From Lingula anatina (taxonomy: Eukaryota > Animalia > Brachiopoda), in assembly GCA_051362555.1 (NCBI GenBank), contig CM120645.1:23712934-23776933 (forward strand): DNA of 64,000 nt, read 5' to 3'. The translations under genes were made by a program, and so were the position numbers. Positions 61,918 to 64,000 of the stretch are shown in pieces. The notes beneath the pieces were generated by a model that ran no database searches, was not told where the DNA came from, and worked only from the letters and a program-made list of their open reading frames with translations. Numbering within the stretch: position 1 is the first letter of the stretch; each line of letters begins with the position of its first letter.

Positions 61918-63693
61918 CTTCTATCTATCGTTTATTGCGATAGCTATGTGAAAGTCACGTCATCAGCGTGTCCGACTTGAAACAGGGATATCAAATATGA
62001 TTCAAAGAGAAATTTTTGCCTATATCATATGTCAGAGAAACCTGTTTTAATGAAAAAAATCATATACAAGAAATTATCGGTTAAGATCACGTAGGGAAGC
62101 CATTAATGTCTGCCTCGACGGCTGCCGGCATCACTAACACATGTTAATACATACCGTGAACACAAAAGGACTGGATAATGACAAATCAGCAACAATCAAA
62201 ACGCAGTAGTTTCATACACCAGTATTACATTTTTTCACAATTATTATTGAAATGTGCATTTTTCACTAAACAAACAGAGTTTCATTTGTCAAAAGCCATA
62301 GAAAAATTAATGGGATTTGCCAGTATTTCTTCCTTTCACAGTCTGATCTAACCAGAGACATGAGGGCTTTGATAGATATTTTGATACTTTAAATTGCTTT
62401 TAAGTGCGTTTTAAGAATTCTGATCTCAGCCCCGAAGCTGCTGGGCGTATATATACTGGAAAGTTAGTCCGTTGAACTCTCGAATATATCCAATTTAAGG
62501 TAGTATAATTGTTGTCTGCACGAGACGCAGCATATACACTTTGACATACTTTTTTTGTAGACTTAGTTGCCTTAGTAGCTAACAAGTAGCAAAATCGATG
62601 AGTCTATTGCGAAAAAAATGTTTTATTATACTCCCACACCACAAAAACAAATTGGTTCCATGAACTGACTACAGTATACAGGCTTACATCCCGTACTACC
62701 GTCAATGTCATTAAATGGATAACAGGGTTATAACATAATTATGTTATTGACTTAGTTTCAATTTGATCTTGGAAAAGCCATTTATATAACACAGAAATTT
62801 AATTGTCAACGCAATCTCATCCACGTATCCCTGTCCATGTATCTAAATAAGTTAGACGTTGATCTGAAAATAACAAATCTTAATTAAGCTTTGATTAAAT
62901 TTCTGACATTACAACTTCCTAACATACTATCAAAGAAGAGACATACGAAAAGTATCGCCTTAAACTGAAAGTACGGCTGGCATAAGTTTGGTGGTATAGC
63001 CGAGCGAAATATCGTAAATGAATATATGCACTGCAACCCTGGATGGCCACCATATGCTACACATGCTACCCGAGCTTACTTGACAGTTCCATACCCGCAC
63101 GTGTCTACTGGGATGACGTTACCAGCTCATTAACAATCTACAGTGGATTTTGGCAGATGTCATTTTAATGGGGCATATAACTACTATCACTGCAATTCGT
63201 GTTACCAGGTAATATGAATAGGCAATATTGAAATACTAAAAATCATTTGGAAGTAGTGTGACATTCTATTTTTACTGTGACAATCTTTGAAGTGAAAACA
63301 CCACAGTAGTATCACACAAAATTTCAAAATCACCAAAATGAAATTTCCTTCACATGTTTCATCCTTATACCAACCCCAACTGAAATGGAAAAAAAGTAAA
63401 CGGAATCAAACATGTCTGTAGTTTATATTTCCCGACCGAGGATCCCGACATTACTACAGTTTTTTCTCTCTCTCTCAAATTCAGTAATCTTCTGACATAT
63501 TGCTAAGCATAACTTAATTACAGGTAGCTTGCGCTATTTAATCCTATTATATAAAACAGAGGGTCATCTGGCTGAAACACCTGACATACCGCAGTAGTAA
63601 TTATTCTAATACATATGTAAGCATATATTGCATGATATCTCATGTAATGTATGGTAAAACTTACCATTCATGATAAAGATTGGGGGTAGCTTT

Positions 63694-63726
63694 TTACTGC
63701 AGCTGAGGGTCAAACATTTTCAAAAT
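63694..63726 (-). CDS. Last coding exon of a further EF-hand copy (rest outside the window)
   Basis: ttgcag|ILKMFDPQLQ* followed by the conserved post-stop GTAAGT donor. Confidence 0.8.
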   Translation of the reverse strand: MLKMFDPQLQ

Positions 63727-64000
63727 CTGCAATTGATTGAATATTGTATGTTTAACATCAAATACGAAAAGAATTTCATGGTAAGAAATGACCGATGATT
63801 ATTAAGAGAAAATTATTTGATTTTTTTTCATTGAGACGTTTCTTATTATTCTAAAGTGAGGTACGTAATTCCTACTGCAGATACCTGCAAAAACTAATAC
63901 GCACATTTTACCTATCGCGGTGTTCAATATGAATTTTCTCAAACAAACAAATCGTTATCAGGCCTACCCAACTACCAGACTCGGCACCGAATGATCCTGA

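Overview
Eukaryotic, AT-rich, intron-containing DNA from an invertebrate animal (the repeat families and secreted EF-hand family suggest a lophotrochozoan such as a mollusc, brachiopod or annelid; the species cannot be fixed). The window opens with the last four coding exons of IQUB (+, 48-2047). The rest is a minus-strand tandem array of a secreted four-EF-hand protein gene that the ORF track mostly misses because it is spliced: a short non-coding exon, five coding exons (56/146/165/47/33 nt), and an intron after the stop. I rebuilt 8 intact copies (144-148 aa), one frameshifted pseudogene, one signal-exon-only remnant and one copy cut by the window end. Interleaved are three in-frame duplicates of the IQUB terminal exon with intact acceptors, and an intronless NXPE/PC-esterase (SGNH) gene present as one nearly full copy with a 2-bp microsatellite frameshift plus truncated remnants. 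Many insertions can be delimited against empty sites in sister units: a 4.6-kb Academ-like element, a 4.7-kb CMC-like element carrying a hammerhead ribozyme, several MITEs, a Helentron-type fragment and a solo LTR. The best candidate for a new system is this recombining cassette array of secreted EF-hand protein, glycan O-acyl enzyme and antisense IQUB last exon. All alignments and counts were done by eye.
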